A stretch of DNA of 64,000 bases from Deltaproteobacteria bacterium RBG_16_64_85 (GCA_001798885.1 MGQW01000008.1:1146-65145), one strand, 5' to 3'; shown: positions 17,723-31,589, numbered from the stretch's first letter. A program made the numbers and translations. The notes: generated by a model from the sequence alone, not told the origin.

Positions 17723-19083
17723 GGGGGAAGCCCCGCGTGATCGTCATCGACGACGACCCCGACAGCCTGGGAAGCGTCGCCGCCGCGCTGCGCCGGGACG
17801 GGTACGAAGTTCACCCGTTCTCGGATCCCCGGGAAGGGCTTTCGTACCTCTCCTCCGAGGGGGCGGACGTCGTCCTCACCGACCTGAAGATGCCGGGCCT
17901 GAGCGGGATGGAGGTGATCGGCCGGGTCGTCGCGGAGCACGCGGGGGTGTCGGTGGTGGTGCTCACCGCCTTCGGAACCGTTTACAACGCGGTGGAAGCG
18001 ATGCGCGCGGGCGCCTCGGACTTCCTCGAGAAGCCGGTGGGGATCCCGCAGCTGCGCGCCGCGGTGTTCAAGGCGGTGAAGGATCGGGAAAAGAACCGGG
18101 AGATCGAACAGCTGCGGGAGGAAATGGGGCAGCGGTACGGGCCGGAGGGGATCATCGCATTCTCGCGGGCGATGGAGGAGGTCATCCGGAAGATCCGGCT
18201 CGTCGCACCGACCCGGATGAACGTCCTCATCCAGGGAGAGAGCGGAACGGGGAAGGAGCTCGTGGCCCGGGCCATCCACGGCTTGAGCCCCAGGCGAAAC
18301 AAGCCGTTCCTCCCGCTGAACTGCGCCGCCATCCCCGAGAGCCTGCTGGAATCGGAGCTGTTCGGCCACGAGAAGGGGGCTTTTACCGGTGCCGTTGCCA
18401 CTCGCCAGGGGAAGATGGAGGCCGCGGAGGGGGGAACCCTTTTTCTCGACGAGGTCGGAGACATGGCCCAGCCGCTGCAGGCCAAGCTTTTGCGGGCGAT
18501 CGAACAGAAGGAGATTTCACGGGTCGGCGACTCGCAGGTGATCAAGGTCGACGTCAGGATCCTGGCCGCATCCAACCAGGATCTCAAGGAGCGGGTTGCG
18601 CAGAAGGCCTTCCGGGAAGACCTTTTCTACCGTCTTAACGTCTTCCGTATTATCGTGCCTCCTTTGCGGGACCGCAGGGACGACATCGCGCGGCTCGCCG
18701 ACCATTTCCTGCAGGAGATCGGACAGGAAAACAAGGCAGCGCCGAAGCGCCTCTCCGCCGGAACGCTCAAGGCGCTCCTCGCCTGCCGCTGGCCGGGGAA
18801 TGTGCGCGAGCTGAGAAACGCGATGGAGGTGGCCGCCCTCGTCGCCAGGGGAGAGGCGATCGAACCGGAGGACCTTCCGCCCGGAATCGTCGAAGGGAGC
18901 ATTCCTCCCTCGGCAGACGGGCCGATCCCGCTCCCCGCCATCAGGACCCTCGAGGAGATCGAGCGCGACGCCATCCGGGCAGCCCTGAAGGAAACGAAGG
19001 GGAACAAAAAGGAGACGGCGAAGATCCTGGGGATCGGCATTGCCACTCTTCACCGCAAGGTCAAGGAATACGGCATCTCTTGA
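17719..19083 (+). CDS. Sigma-54-dependent response regulator (NtrC family enhancer-binding protein: REC-AAA+-HTH)
   Basis: REC domain (VIVIDDDPD...DLKMPGLSG); sigma-54 interaction motifs GESGTGKE and GAFTGA; C-terminal Fis-type HTH; ATG overlaps the histidine kinase stop. Confidence 0.9.
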   Translation: MRGKPRVIVIDDDPDSLGSVAAALRRDGYEVHPFSDPREGLSYLSSEGADVVLTDLKMPGLSGMEVIGRVVAEHAGVSVVVLTAFGTVYNAVEAMRAGASDFLEKPVGIPQLRAAVFKAVKDREKNREIEQLREEMGQRYGPEGIIAFSRAMEEVIRKIRLVAPTRMNVLIQGESGTGKELVARAIHGLSPRRNKPFLPLNCAAIPESLLESELFGHEKGAFTGAVATRQGKMEAAEGGTLFLDEVGDMAQPLQAKLLRAIEQKEISRVGDSQVIKVDVRILAASNQDLKERVAQKAFREDLFYRLNVFRIIVPPLRDRRDDIARLADHFLQEIGQENKAAPKRLSAGTLKALLACRWPGNVRELRNAMEVAALVARGEAIEPEDLPPGIVEGSIPPSADGPIPLPAIRTLEEIERDAIRAALKETKGNKKETAKILGIGIATLHRKVKEYGIS

Positions 19084-19111
19084 TGGGGCATTGCGACCCC
19101 TGCCGAAGGAA

Positions 19112-19170
19112 GATTCGACGATCAAAATGATAGTACGAAGGAGGTAAAACACTCTCAATTTGATTCGACG
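19112..19170. promoter_or_regulatory. Pair of 9-bp direct repeats GATTCGACG spaced 50 bp apart; candidate enhancer (UAS) sites
   Basis: Lie about 90-150 bp upstream of the sigma-54-type promoter and are followed by an AT-rich stretch (19198-19245) that could support DNA bending. Confidence 0.2.
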
Positions 19171-19258
19171 CCAGGGTTGCCGTCAGGACCTCTCTTCGTG
19201 TAATTAAAATTTCCAAGCAATATTCAATGGATAACAATCTCTGCCGGGTTGCCGACCG

Positions 19259-19273
19259 TGGCACGGAACTTGT
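19259..19273 (+). promoter_or_regulatory. Sigma-54 (RpoN)-type promoter, TGGCACggaacTTGT
   Basis: Matches the -24 GG / -12 element spacing (TGGCAC-N5-TTGC) at 9 of 10 core positions; lies directly downstream of the NtrC-type activator gene and about 27 nt upstream of the preferred GTG start of the CheY-like gene. Confidence 0.45.
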
Positions 19274-19299
19274 TGTGTTTTCATGTGGAGGCAGGAGCC

Positions 19300-19677
19300 G
19301 TGACCCGAAGAGTGGTGTTTATAGCGGATTCGCAGGCGGATGATTTCGGGCCGATGGGCCCCATCCTCGGGGCATTGTCCGAGGCGGGAGCCATGACGGA
19401 ACTGTTCACGGACGGCACCGCGGGGCTGGAAAGCGTGGTGCGCGGGGGGACCGATCTCCTGGTCGTCGACCTGGACACCCCGTCCCTGTGCGGTCTGGAA
19501 GCGCAGATCGAGATTGGCCGCATCGCCTCGCGCATCCCCGTCCTCCTGCTGACCGCCGAGGACAGCAGGGCAAGGCGCATGTGGGCCGTCGGGGCGGGCG
19601 TCATGGGGTACGTGACCAAGCCGGTCGACGGGCAGGTGCTGGTGCGGTTCATCGCGAAGGTATTGCGGGAAATCTGA
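19300..19677 (+). CDS. Single-domain CheY-like response regulator (REC only)
   Basis: IADSQAD...[10 protein letters not shown]...YVTKP receiver motifs; GTG at 19300 (GGAGG 8 nt upstream) is preferred because the longer ORF starting at 19249 would overlap the sigma-54 promoter. Confidence 0.65.
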   Translation: MTRRVVFIADSQADDFGPMGPILGALSEAGAMTELFTDGTAGLESVVRGGTDLLVVDLDTPSLCGLEAQIEIGRIASRIPVLLLTAEDSRARRMWAVGAGVMGYVTKPVDGQVLVRFIAKVLREI

Positions 19678-19708
19678 TCGAAATAACGAGCGGAAGGAGC
19701 AACGGACA

Positions 19709-21619
19709 ATGGCCAAGATTATCGGGATCGACCTCGGGACGACGTACTCGGTGGTCGCCGTGATGGAAGGCGGGGAGCCCAAGATCATCATCAACGAGGA
19801 AGGGAGCCGGCTCACCCCGTCGGTGGTGGCGTTCGGGAAGGGCGGCGAAATCCTCGTCGGCCAGGTGGCAAAGCGCCAGGCGGTGCTGAACGCCGAGAAC
19901 ACGGTCTTCTCCATCAAGCGATTCATGGGCCGGCGGTACGACGAGGTCACCGAGGAGATGAAGCTCGTCCCCTACAAGGTTGTCCGGGGCCCCAACCAGG
20001 AGGCTCGCGTTTCCGCGGGGGGAAAGGAGCACACGCCGCAGCAGATCTCCGCGATGGTGCTCGGGAAACTCAAGAAGGCCGCAGAGACCTATATCGGCGA
20101 GGAGGTGAAGCAGGCCGTCATCACGGTGCCGGCCTACTTCAACGACTCCCAGCGGCAGGCGACCAAGGACGCCGGGACGATCGCAGGGCTCGAGGTCCTG
20201 CGGATCATCAACGAGCCCACCGCGGCGGCCCTCGCCTACGGTCTCGACAAGAAGAAGAACGAACTGATCGCGGTATTCGACTTCGGAGGCGGTACCTTCG
20301 ACATCTCCATCCTCGAGGTGGGCGACAACGTCGTGGAGGTGAAGGCCACCAACGGCGACACGCACCTGGGCGGAGACAATATCGACCAGCGGATCATCGA
20401 GTGGATCATTGCCGAGTTCAGGAAGGACCAGGGGATCGACCTCTCCAAGGACCGTACCGCGCTGCAGCGCCTGAAGGAGGCGGCCGAGAAGGCGAAGATC
20501 GAGCTCTCCTCGGTGCTGGAGTCCGAGATCAGCCTGCCGTTCATCACGGCGGACGCGACGGGACCGAAGCACCTGCAGATGAAGCTCACCCGCTCGTCGT
20601 TCGAGCAGATGGTCCAGGATATCCTCGACCGGACGTTGAAACCGTGCGAGCTGGCGGTCAAGGATGCCGGGATTCCGGTGGGCAAGATCGACGAGGTTGT
20701 CCTCGTCGGCGGGTCCACGCGGATTCCGAAGGTCGTCCAGATGGTGAAGGATTTCTTCGGGAAGGACCCGCACCAGGGGGTCAACCCCGACGAGGTCGTG
20801 GCCGCCGGCGCCGCCGTGCAGGCGGGGGTTCTGGGGGGCGAGGTCAAGGACATCCTCCTCCTGGACGTGACACCGCTATCGCTGGGGATCGAGACGCTGG
20901 GGGGCGTGATGACGAAGCTGATCGAGCGAAACACCACGATCCCGGTGCGCAAGAGCGAGTTTTTCACCACCGCGGCGGACGGGCAGACGAGCGTCGAGGT
21001 CCACGTCCTCCAGGGCGAGCGCGAGATGGCGGCGGCCAACCGGACGCTGGGCAGGTTCCACCTGGAGGGGATTCCCACAGCGCCCCGCGGCGTCCCCAAG
21101 ATCGAGGTGACCTTCGACATCGACGCCAACGGCATTTTGCATGTCAACGCGAAGGACACCGCGACAGGCAGGGAGCAGAAGATCACGATCACGGCGTCGA
21201 CCGGCTTGAACAAGGAGGACATCAACCGGATGGTGAAGGAGGCCGAGGTGCACTCCGCCGAGGACCGGCAGCGGAAGGCCGTCATCGAGGCGCGGAACCA
21301 CCTCGACTCCCTGGTCTACAACACGGAGAAGACGATCCGGGAGAACCGGGAGAAGCTGCCTTCCGACCTGGTCGCGAAGGTCGAGACCGCGGTGTCCGAG
21401 GCGAAGGAGTCGCTCAAATCGGACGATGAGGCGACCCTGCGCGGCGCTTCGGAAAAGCTGATGCGGGAAGCGCATGCCCTTGCGGAAAAGATGTACCAGC
21501 AGGCGGCCTCCTCGCCCCCGCCGCCGGGGGGAGGCGAGGCTGCGGGAGGCGCGGGAGGAGGAAAGGGAGCGGAAGGGGACGTCGTCGAAGCGGAATATGA
21601 AGACCCGGGGAAAAAGTAA
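19709..21619 (+). CDS. dnaK: Chaperone DnaK (Hsp70)
   Basis: [18 protein letters not shown]..., 636 aa, canonical Hsp70. Confidence 0.95.
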   Translation: MAKIIGIDLGTTYSVVAVMEGGEPKIIINEEGSRLTPSVVAFGKGGEILVGQVAKRQAVLNAENTVFSIKRFMGRRYDEVTEEMKLVPYKVVRGPNQEARVSAGGKEHTPQQISAMVLGKLKKAAETYIGEEVKQAVITVPAYFNDSQRQATKDAGTIAGLEVLRIINEPTAAALAYGLDKKKNELIAVFDFGGGTFDISILEVGDNVVEVKATNGDTHLGGDNIDQRIIEWIIAEFRKDQGIDLSKDRTALQRLKEAAEKAKIELSSVLESEISLPFITADATGPKHLQMKLTRSSFEQMVQDILDRTLKPCELAVKDAGIPVGKIDEVVLVGGSTRIPKVVQMVKDFFGKDPHQGVNPDEVVAAGAAVQAGVLGGEVKDILLLDVTPLSLGIETLGGVMTKLIERNTTIPVRKSEFFTTAADGQTSVEVHVLQGEREMAAANRTLGRFHLEGIPTAPRGVPKIEVTFDIDANGILHVNAKDTATGREQKITITASTGLNKEDINRMVKEAEVHSAEDRQRKAVIEARNHLDSLVYNTEKTIRENREKLPSDLVAKVETAVSEAKESLKSDDEATLRGASEKLMREAHALAEKMYQQAASSPPPPGGGEAAGGAGGGKGAEGDVVEAEYEDPGKK

Positions 21620-21675
21620 CCCCCGGAGCAACCAGAATCCGGCCCCGCGCGGACCGGAAGAGAGGAGGAACGACC

Positions 21676-22128
21676 ATGAGGATCGTTCGTTGGATGGACC
21701 CGTTTCGGGAACTGTCAACCATTCAGGAGAGGATGAACCAGCTGTTCGGAGACTTCGTCGGCCGCGCACGCGGCGGACGGGAGGGAGAGCTCGCGGCTGG
21801 TGGCTGGGCGCCGACCGTCGACATCTACGAAACCGATGACGACATCGTCGTCACGGCGGAACTTCCGGGCTTGGAGAAGGACCAGATCGGCGTCGAGTAC
21901 AAGGAAGGGGTCCTGACCCTGCGCGGCGAGCGGAAACTGGTGCGGGAGGTCAAGGAGGAGAGCTGCCACCGCATCGAGCGGTCTTATGGCGCCTTCCACC
22001 GCTCGTTCAAGCTGACAGGCTCCATCGATGAGGAGAAGATCACCGCCAGGATGAAGAACGGCGTCCTGGAGGTCCATCTCCCGAAGAAGGAAGCGGCCAA
22101 GCCGAAGCAGATCCAGGTGGCCGCCTGA
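21676..22128 (+). CDS. Hsp20/alpha-crystallin family small heat-shock protein
   Basis: 150 aa; P-x(14)-GVL-type alpha-crystallin domain (AELPGLEKDQIGVEYKEGVLTLRGER). Confidence 0.9.
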   Translation: MRIVRWMDPFRELSTIQERMNQLFGDFVGRARGGREGELAAGGWAPTVDIYETDDDIVVTAELPGLEKDQIGVEYKEGVLTLRGERKLVREVKEESCHRIERSYGAFHRSFKLTGSIDEEKITARMKNGVLEVHLPKKEAAKPKQIQVAA

Positions 22129-22211
22129 TCGGTTAGGAAACCGCCGCAAACCGGCCGGCCCGGCCGGCCAAGCCGGCTCACATCAAAGACCGAAGCAAAG
22201 GAGGAGAAGCC

Positions 22212-22664
22212 ATGGCCATCGTACGTTGGTGGGATCCCTTGAGGGATTTGTCGGGCATCCAGGACAAAATGAATCAGCTCTTCGAGGATACCTTTTCCCG
22301 GACCCGGGGGCGCGACGAGGCGCTCGCGAAGGGGATGTGGACGCCCGCGGTCGACATTTACGAGACGGAGGACTCCGTCGTCGTCAAAGCGGAGCTTCCC
22401 GGCCTGGAGAAGGACCAGATCGGCGTGGAGGTCAAGGACGGCATCCTGTCCCTGCACGGAGAGCGGAAGTTCGAGAAGGAGGTAAAGGAGGAGAACTATC
22501 ACCGGATCGAGCGGGCCTACGGGTCGTTCCACCGCTCCTTCTCCCTGCCGACTTCGGTGGAGCAGGACAAGATCAGCGCGAAGTTCAAGGACGGGGTGCT
22601 GGAAGTGCAGCTCCCCAAGAAGGCGCAGGCCAAGCCCAAGCAGATCAAAGTCGACGTGAAGTAG
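22212..22664 (+). CDS. Hsp20/alpha-crystallin family small heat-shock protein (paralog)
   Basis: 150 aa, highly similar to the upstream Hsp20 (AELPGLEKDQIGVEVKDGILSLHGER). Confidence 0.9.
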   Translation: MAIVRWWDPLRDLSGIQDKMNQLFEDTFSRTRGRDEALAKGMWTPAVDIYETEDSVVVKAELPGLEKDQIGVEVKDGILSLHGERKFEKEVKEENYHRIERAYGSFHRSFSLPTSVEQDKISAKFKDGVLEVQLPKKAQAKPKQIKVDVK

Positions 22665-22670
22665 GCGGGG

Positions 22671-23669
22671 ATGGATCCGAAAAAAAACTATTACGAGATC
22701 CTCGGGGTGCCGAAAAGCGCCAAGGAGGAGGACATCAAGAAGGCGTTCCGGCGGATGGCCAGGAAGTGCCATCCGGACGTCAACCCGGGGGACAAGTCGG
22801 CCGAAGCCAGGTTCAAGGAGATCAACGAGGCCCATGCGGTCTTAAGCGACAGGAAGAAGCGGGAGGAGTACGACGCCATCCGGAGCGGGGCCTTCTCCGG
22901 GGGATTCCGGCAGGGAGGCCCATCTGGATGGCCGGGCGGTTTCGGCTTCGAGCCTGGCGGACGGGTGTACCACACCGAGACCGTTGACTTCGATGAGATC
23001 CTCGGCGACCTGCTCCGCGGGGGGCGGGGGGGGGTCGCCCAGGGGGGACAGGGGCGCGACGTCCACGCGGAGGTCGCGGTCGAGTTTATGGACATGGCCC
23101 AGGGCATGGTCCGTGAAGTCCGCTATAACCGCCCCCGGACTTGCGCGTCTTGCGGCGGCTCGGGCCGCTCGGGACGCAAGGGATGCCCGCAGTGCTTCGG
23201 CTCGGGAATCACGGAAGGCGAAGAAAGGGTCAAGGTGAAGATCCCGGCCGGCGCGCAGGACGGCTCCAAGATCCGCGTGGCGGGGAAGGGAGAGGAGTCG
23301 GCCGGGACGGGCAAGAGCGGGGATCTCGTGATCACGATCCGGATGATCCCGCACCCGTATTTCCGCCGGGAAGGGAACGACGTCCTCCTCGACGTCCCCA
23401 TCCACTATTCCGAGGCGGTGAAGGGGGCGAAAATCTCGATCCCCACGATCGACGGCCCGGTGATGATGTCGATCCCCCCGGGCTCCTCCAGCGGAAGGAA
23501 GCTCCGTCTCCGGGGAAAAGGGGTCCCCGCGCCGGGCACCACGTCGCGTGGAGACCAATACGTAATTCTGCACGTAGCGGTTCCTGGCGCCCGTTCGGAG
23601 GAGTTCCTCAAGCTCGTGGAAAAGGTCGTTGCGTTCGAGGACCCGAATTTGAGAGGCGATTGGAACTGA
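22671..23669 (+). CDS. DnaJ/CbpA-like J-domain co-chaperone (J domain, Gly-rich linker, partial zinc finger, C-terminal domains)
   Basis: YYEILGV...HPD J-domain motif; only two CxxCxGxG repeats ([16 protein letters not shown]). Confidence 0.8.
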   Translation: MDPKKNYYEILGVPKSAKEEDIKKAFRRMARKCHPDVNPGDKSAEARFKEINEAHAVLSDRKKREEYDAIRSGAFSGGFRQGGPSGWPGGFGFEPGGRVYHTETVDFDEILGDLLRGGRGGVAQGGQGRDVHAEVAVEFMDMAQGMVREVRYNRPRTCASCGGSGRSGRKGCPQCFGSGITEGEERVKVKIPAGAQDGSKIRVAGKGEESAGTGKSGDLVITIRMIPHPYFRREGNDVLLDVPIHYSEAVKGAKISIPTIDGPVMMSIPPGSSSGRKLRLRGKGVPAPGTTSRGDQYVILHVAVPGARSEEFLKLVEKVVAFEDPNLRGDWN

Positions 23670-23741
23670 TTTGTCTATAATGGAATCAATACCCGCAGGG
23701 CACGCTTCGTATCTCATAGGAGAAAGGGAGAACCCAGAAAG

Positions 23742-24605
23742 ATGAGCAACACGCTGAAGACGGGATTGCTGCTGGCGGTGCTGACCGCCTTGTTCCTCCT
23801 CATCGGGAATGCCGTGGGAGGACAGAACGGCATGGTGATGGCCTTCGGGTTGGCCGTGCTGATGAATTTCGGGGCGTACTGGTTTTCCGACAAGATCGTC
23901 CTCAGGATGTACGGGGCCAAGGAGGTTTCCGAGGCGGAGGCGCCGCAGCTGCATGGCGTCGTCCGGCGGATTTCGCTTGCGGCAGGGCTTCCGATGCCGA
24001 AGGTCTACCTCATCCCGACGGATTCCCCCAACGCCTTCGCGACGGGGAGGAACCCGGAGCACGCGGCCGTGGCGGTGACGGAAGGGATCCTGCGGTTGCT
24101 GTCCCCCGACGAGCTGGAGGGGGTGCTGGCGCACGAGATGGCCCACGTGCGGAACCGGGACATCCTCGTCGGGACGGTGGCGGCGACGCTGGCCGGGGCG
24201 GTGATGATGCTCGCCCGGTTTGCCCAGTTCGCCGCGATCTTCGGGGGCGGAGGGCGCGACCGGGACGAGGAAGGCGGCGGCGGGATCGTCGGCATGCTGT
24301 TCCTGGCGATCGTGGCGCCGATCGGCGCGATGCTGATCCAGATGGCCGTGTCCCGTTCCCGGGAGTACCTTGCCGACGAGACCGGCGCGAAGTTCTGCGG
24401 GAAGCCGTTGTCGCTGGCGAGGGCGCTGGAGAAGATTTCCGGGATTTCCCGCGAGGTCCCGATGGACGCCACGCCGGCGACGGCGCACATGTTTATCGTC
24501 AGCCCGCTGACGGGCAAAGGGGTACTTTCGATGTTCAGCACGCATCCTCCCGTCGAGAAGCGGGTGGAGCGGCTGCGGTCGATGGCGGTTGCGACGACCC
24601 GGTGA
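23742..24605 (+). CDS. htpX: Membrane zinc metalloprotease HtpX (M48)
   Basis: HEMAHV zinc motif and TM helices; TATAAT hexamer about 60 nt upstream. Confidence 0.9.
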   Translation: MSNTLKTGLLLAVLTALFLLIGNAVGGQNGMVMAFGLAVLMNFGAYWFSDKIVLRMYGAKEVSEAEAPQLHGVVRRISLAAGLPMPKVYLIPTDSPNAFATGRNPEHAAVAVTEGILRLLSPDELEGVLAHEMAHVRNRDILVGTVAATLAGAVMMLARFAQFAAIFGGGGRDRDEEGGGGIVGMLFLAIVAPIGAMLIQMAVSRSREYLADETGAKFCGKPLSLARALEKISGISREVPMDATPATAHMFIVSPLTGKGVLSMFSTHPPVEKRVERLRSMAVATTR

Positions 24606-24633
24606 GGCCGTCCGAGAGGAGAATCCCAAAGCC

Positions 24634-26904
24634 ATGATGGAAATATCGTTCTACCGGGAGAAGCTCTCCGAGTCCGGGCAGCGGGTGCTGAATGCCTCGA
24701 TCGAGGAGTCGCAACGGCGGCACCATTATTACCTGGGGCTCGAGCACCTGTTCATCGCGTTCGCCGAACAGGAAAAGCCGCTGTTCCGGGAGCTCATGAC
24801 GTCGATCGGGCTGAACGTCGAGGCGGTGCTCTATTCGGTGAACGAGCACCTGAACATTTCCCGCCAGTACCTCGGGGTGGGACTCAAGGTTCCCCCCGCC
24901 ACCAAGCAGGTGTTTCGCGTCGCGTGGGAAACGGCCCAGAGGAACCGCCGGACCCAGATCGAGTCCGAGGACCTCTTCCTGGGGATCTTCCACGAAGTCC
25001 ATTCCATCCCGGCGAGGATCCTCAAGAGCTACGGCGTGGACCCCGCCCTCGCGCTGTCCCGCTTCGCCTCGCAGCTGCGCAGCCGCGAGGAGAAGGTCGA
25101 GGAGTTCCGCAAGCGCTACGAGCTGCCGGCGAACCTGCGGGCCTTCGGGGTGAACCTGAACCTGCTCGCCCGGGAGGGGAAGATCCCCCCGATCATCGGG
25201 CGCGAGCGGGAGATCGACCAGATCGTCGAGTACCTTTGCCACAAGGACCGCAGCAACTCGGTGATGATCATCGGCGACCCCGGCGTCGGCAAGACCGCCG
25301 TGGCGGAAGGGCTGGCGATGCGGCTGGAGTACGAGCCGCACCGGATCCCGGAGCGTCTGCGGGAGAGCCAGATCATCAACCTGCAGATGAACACGGTCGT
25401 GGCGGGGACCGTCTTCCGGGGGATGTTCGAGGACCGGATCGAAAAGGTGATCGCCGAGGTCAAGGAGCGCCGGAACATCATCCTGTTCATCGACGAGGCC
25501 CACACCCTGATCGGGGCGGGGTCCGCGATGGGGGTCCCTTCCGACGCGGCCAACATCTTCAAGTCGAGCCTGGCCCGCGGCGAAGTGCAGATCATCGGCG
25601 CCACCACGGTCACCGAGTACAAGGAGATCATCCAGGAGGACGAGGCGCTTTCGAGGCGGTTCCGCGTGGTCAAGATCGAGGAGCCCACGATCGACGAGAC
25701 CCGGGAGATCCTTTTCGGCCTCAAGCCGAGGCTCGAGGCCAACTACGGGGTGGAGATCGAGGACGACGCGATCGACCGCGCGCTCTCCATGTCCGACCGG
25801 TATGCGCGGTCCTTGCGGCTGCCCGACAAGGTCATCAACTGGATCGACACGGCCTGCGTCCGCGTGGAGATCCGCGGGGGCGAGGAGAAGACCGTCTCGG
25901 CCAAGGATGTCCTGGACGTCATCTCGGGGGAGACGAAGACCCCCGTGGACATCGTGAAGCGGGACGTCATCGACCGCTTCCGGGACATCGAGGAGAAGCT
26001 CTCCCGGCGGGTGGTCGGACAAACGGAGGCCATCGCAGCGGTCGCCAAGGCGCTGCGGCTCAACAAGGGGCCGCTCAAACCGAATGTCTACCGACCCGAC
26101 GGCGTGCTGCTGTTCCTGGGGCCCACCGGCGTCGGTAAGACGGAAATGGCCAAGGCGCTGGCGGAGTACCTCTTCGGCGACGAGCGCCACATGGTGCGCG
26201 TCGACATGTCCGAGTACCGCGACGGGACGCTTGCCGTCGACAAGCTGATCGGGATGCCGCGGGGGATCGTCGGCTCCGAGAGGGGGGGGATCCTCACCAA
26301 CCAGGTGCGGGACAACCCCTACACGGTGGTCCTGCTCGACGAGATCGAGAAGGCCGACCCGTACGTGCACAGCCTCTTCCTCCAGGTGTTCGACGAGGGG
26401 TGGCTGACCGACGGACGGGGGAAAAAGGTCTACTTCTCCGACGCGATCATCCTCATGACGAGCAACCTGGGGGCCGAGGAGCTGGCGAAACTGACCCGGC
26501 CGCTGGGGTTCGCGCATGGCCCTGAGGACTTCGAACCGGTCAGGAAGAGCGTGCTGAAGGCGGTCGAAAACCGGTTTGCGCCGGAGTTCATCAACCGGCT
26601 CGACGACGTCATCGTCTTTTCCCCGCTCTCCTTCGAGGAGGTCAAGGCGATCGCCGCGTTGTACGTCGCCCAGATCCGGGCCACGATGGCCGGGCACGGG
26701 AAGACGGTGGACGTGAGCGACGCCGCCCTCTCCGCCCTGACGCGTGCCGGCTTCAGCGTGAAGTACGGCGCACGGTTCCTCAAGCGATTCATCGACGATA
26801 AGGTGAAGATGCCGATCACCCTGCGCTGGAAGGAATCCGATCGCTTTTTCGTCGAGGAGGTCGGGGGGGAAGTGGCCGTCATCACTCAAAAGGTGCCCGC
26901 CTAG
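24634..26904 (+). CDS. Clp/Hsp100 AAA+ ATPase, ClpA/ClpC-like (Clp_N domain, two AAA+ modules, no long M-domain, LGF ClpP-docking loop)
   Basis: Walker [10 protein letters not shown] (D1) and GPTGVGKTE (D2); the start at MMEISFY (ATG 24634, GAGAGGAGAA upstream) is preferred over the ORF-track start at 24589. Confidence 0.85.
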   Translation: MMEISFYREKLSESGQRVLNASIEESQRRHHYYLGLEHLFIAFAEQEKPLFRELMTSIGLNVEAVLYSVNEHLNISRQYLGVGLKVPPATKQVFRVAWETAQRNRRTQIESEDLFLGIFHEVHSIPARILKSYGVDPALALSRFASQLRSREEKVEEFRKRYELPANLRAFGVNLNLLAREGKIPPIIGREREIDQIVEYLCHKDRSNSVMIIGDPGVGKTAVAEGLAMRLEYEPHRIPERLRESQIINLQMNTVVAGTVFRGMFEDRIEKVIAEVKERRNIILFIDEAHTLIGAGSAMGVPSDAANIFKSSLARGEVQIIGATTVTEYKEIIQEDEALSRRFRVVKIEEPTIDETREILFGLKPRLEANYGVEIEDDAIDRALSMSDRYARSLRLPDKVINWIDTACVRVEIRGGEEKTVSAKDVLDVISGETKTPVDIVKRDVIDRFRDIEEKLSRRVVGQTEAIAAVAKALRLNKGPLKPNVYRPDGVLLFLGPTGVGKTEMAKALAEYLFGDERHMVRVDMSEYRDGTLAVDKLIGMPRGIVGSERGGILTNQVRDNPYTVVLLDEIEKADPYVHSLFLQVFDEGWLTDGRGKKVYFSDAIILMTSNLGAEELAKLTRPLGFAHGPEDFEPVRKSVLKAVENRFAPEFINRLDDVIVFSPLSFEEVKAIAALYVAQIRATMAGHGKTVDVSDAALSALTRAGFSVKYGARFLKRFIDDKVKMPITLRWKESDRFFVEEVGGEVAVITQKVPA

Positions 26905-27357
26905 ATGTCTGAACAGGAACCGAGGGGATTCAAGATCGTCGACAAGCGGGGGATGGCCGACGAGGGAGAAGGAAAACCCTCCGTGGCTCCACCACCCCCC
27001 GTACCCCCGAAGGAAACCGGGAACCGGCCGGAGCCCGAGGGTGTCGAAGGAAAGAAAAGCCCTGTGGACGAACCCGCCGCGGTGGGCGGTCCCACGTTCC
27101 TGGACCTGGTGGGAACGCTGCAGTTTGGTGCGATGGCCCACCTGGGGATGATCCAGACACCGGACGGCAAGCGATCGCCGGTCAACCTGCCGGCCGCCAA
27201 GGACTCGATCGACATCCTCGTGATCCTTCAGGAGAAGACGAAGGGAAACCTGACGTCCGAGGAAAACGAGGTGATGGGCGAGGGACTGTACCATCTCCGG
27301 ATGGCGTATCTCGCGGTGCTGAACGCGGGGCAGGGCGCAGGAGGGAAGGAGAAGTGA
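26905..27357 (+). CDS. DUF1844-like small protein (heat-shock-cluster associated)
   Basis: ...LQEKTKGNLTSEENEVMGEGLYHLRMAYL motif recalled from DUF1844; ATG directly abuts the upstream TAG stop. Confidence 0.45.
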   Translation: MSEQEPRGFKIVDKRGMADEGEGKPSVAPPPPVPPKETGNRPEPEGVEGKKSPVDEPAAVGGPTFLDLVGTLQFGAMAHLGMIQTPDGKRSPVNLPAAKDSIDILVILQEKTKGNLTSEENEVMGEGLYHLRMAYLAVLNAGQGAGGKEK

Positions 27358-28817
27358 TCCGGAAGAGCAAGGTCGTCATCCTCGTGCTGGCGGCGGTGGC
27401 CGCCGGGCTCGTGATTTCGGCGGCGTTCAACCTGTCGCCGATCAGCAACGCGTTGTTCCTGGGGAACAAGGACAAGGACTCCGCGGTCCCGACCTCGCCG
27501 TCGGTCCGGATGCTCCCGGTGGACATCCCGACGCTGTTCAAGGAGGTCTCCCCGGCAGTCGTCAACATCAGCACCACGCAGGTGGTCCGGTTCAACCGGC
27601 CGCGGATGCGCGCGCCCTTCGGGCAGCAGGACCCCTTCGAGGAGTTCTGGAACAACTTCTTCGGTCATATGCCCAGGGAGCAGAAGCGCAGGAGCCTGGG
27701 CTCCGGGTTCATCGTTTCGGAGGACGGGTACATCCTCACCAACAATCACGTGGTGGAGAAGGCCGACGAGATCGCGGTGACTCTCCTGGACAAGGAGGAG
27801 TTCAAGGCGGAGGTGGTGGGAACCGATCCCAAGACCGATATCGCGCTCATCAAGATCAAGACCACCAAGAAGCTTCCCTTCGTCCGGCTCGGCGATTCGG
27901 AGAAGCTGGAGATCGGGGAGTGGGTCCTCGCGATCGGGAACCCCTTCGGCCTGGGTCACACCGTCACAACGGGGATCGTGAGCGCCAAGGGGCGGATCAT
28001 CGGCTCGGGCCCTTATGACGACTTCATCCAGACCGACGCGTCGATCAACCCCGGGAATTCCGGCGGCCCCCTCTTCAACCTGAGAGGGGAGGTCGTAGGG
28101 ATCAATACGGCGATCATCCAGGGGGGGCAGGGGATCGGCTTCGCCACCCCGATTCACCTCGCAAAATCGATTCTCGGGCAGCTCAAGGAGAAGGGGAAGG
28201 TCACCCGGGGATGGCTGGGGGTCTACATCCAGCGGCTCACCCCCGACATGGCGGAGTCACTTGCCGTCCCCGGAAAGAAAGGGGCCCTGGTGGCGGACGT
28301 GACCAAGGACGGGCCCGCCGAAAAAGCGGGGATCCGCTCGGGGGACGTGATCGTGGCGTTCAACGGGAAGCCCGTTGCCGACGAGCATGAGCTTCCCCAA
28401 ATCGTCGCGTCCATCCAGCCTGGGAAAAAGGTCGACGTCAAGGTGATCCGGGAGGGCAAGGAGCTCTCGCTCCCCGTGACCATCAGCGAGATGGAGGGAG
28501 AGCCCGGGCGACGCGCCGGTGCGCCGGATCTCACCAAGGGGCTGGGGCTGACGGTTCAGGAAATCACCCCCGAAATCGCCAGGCATCTTGAAATCGAGAA
28601 CCGGAAGGGCGTGCTGGTCACCTCCGTCGATCGCGGGAGTCCCGCAGACGAAGCCGGGTTCCAGGAAGGGGACATCGTCCGGCAAATCAACCGGCAGGCG
28701 GTTGCCAGCACCGCTGAGTTCCAGAAGCGGCTGAAGCAGGTAATGGGCGAAAGGACCGTGCTGTTCCTGGTAGAGCGGGGGGACGCGCGGATCTTCCTCG
28801 CCGTGAAGAACAAGTAG
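27354..28817 (+). CDS. htrA: Periplasmic serine endoprotease DegP/HtrA (trypsin domain + 2 PDZ)
   Basis: Catalytic motifs TNNHVV and GNSGGPL; two PDZ-like regions; GTG overlapping the upstream stop. Confidence 0.9.
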   Translation: MIRKSKVVILVLAAVAAGLVISAAFNLSPISNALFLGNKDKDSAVPTSPSVRMLPVDIPTLFKEVSPAVVNISTTQVVRFNRPRMRAPFGQQDPFEEFWNNFFGHMPREQKRRSLGSGFIVSEDGYILTNNHVVEKADEIAVTLLDKEEFKAEVVGTDPKTDIALIKIKTTKKLPFVRLGDSEKLEIGEWVLAIGNPFGLGHTVTTGIVSAKGRIIGSGPYDDFIQTDASINPGNSGGPLFNLRGEVVGINTAIIQGGQGIGFATPIHLAKSILGQLKEKGKVTRGWLGVYIQRLTPDMAESLAVPGKKGALVADVTKDGPAEKAGIRSGDVIVAFNGKPVADEHELPQIVASIQPGKKVDVKVIREGKELSLPVTISEMEGEPGRRAGAPDLTKGLGLTVQEITPEIARHLEIENRKGVLVTSVDRGSPADEAGFQEGDIVRQINRQAVASTAEFQKRLKQVMGERTVLFLVERGDARIFLAVKNK

Positions 28818-28829
28818 ATCTTCCCTTAA

Positions 28830-28860
28830 GGCCCGCCCGGTCTCTTTCTCGGGGCGGGCC
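28830..28860 (+). terminator. GC-rich hairpin (GGCCCGCCC-N13-GGGCGGGCC) after htrA; weak U-tract
   Basis: 9-bp perfect stem 12 nt after the htrA stop; followed by GCTTTAC. Confidence 0.35.
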
Positions 28861-28876
28861 GCTTTACGGGGACCCG

Positions 28877-31468
<2,592 letters not shown>

Positions 31469-31560
31469 ATTCCAGAGAAGGCGCCGGCTCTCGTAACCAG
31501 TAGGTACTGTAAAGGTTTTTTTACAAGATCCTGCCGAAATCGACGGTCCCGCCCACATGC

Positions 31561-31589
31561 TTGACAAATGCCGATGACCCGGGTATGTT
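31561..31589 (+). promoter_or_regulatory. Sigma-70-type promoter TTGACA-N17-TATGTT upstream of ispE
   Basis: Consensus -35, 17-nt spacer, -10 with 4 of 6 matches; about 30 nt upstream of the ispE GTG. Confidence 0.45.

Noticed and set aside
19677-19709. CIRCE/HrcA operator or sigma-32 promoter in front of dnaK, hsp20 (21620-21676, 22129-22211) and clpB (28818-28876)
   Set aside because: No TTAGCACTC-N9-GAGTGCTAA or CTTGAAA-N13-15-CCCCAT match was visible. A proper PWM scan is still needed.
22129-22211. GGCCGGCC-C-GGCCGGCC element between the two hsp20 genes as a terminator
   Set aside because: Self-complementary octamers but no usable hairpin loop or U-tract. It is more likely just GC-rich spacer, so it is not listed as a feature.
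31469-31540. T7 run (ggtttttttac) after clpB as a rho-independent terminator
   Set aside because: No convincing upstream GC hairpin could be drawn, so it was left unannotated.
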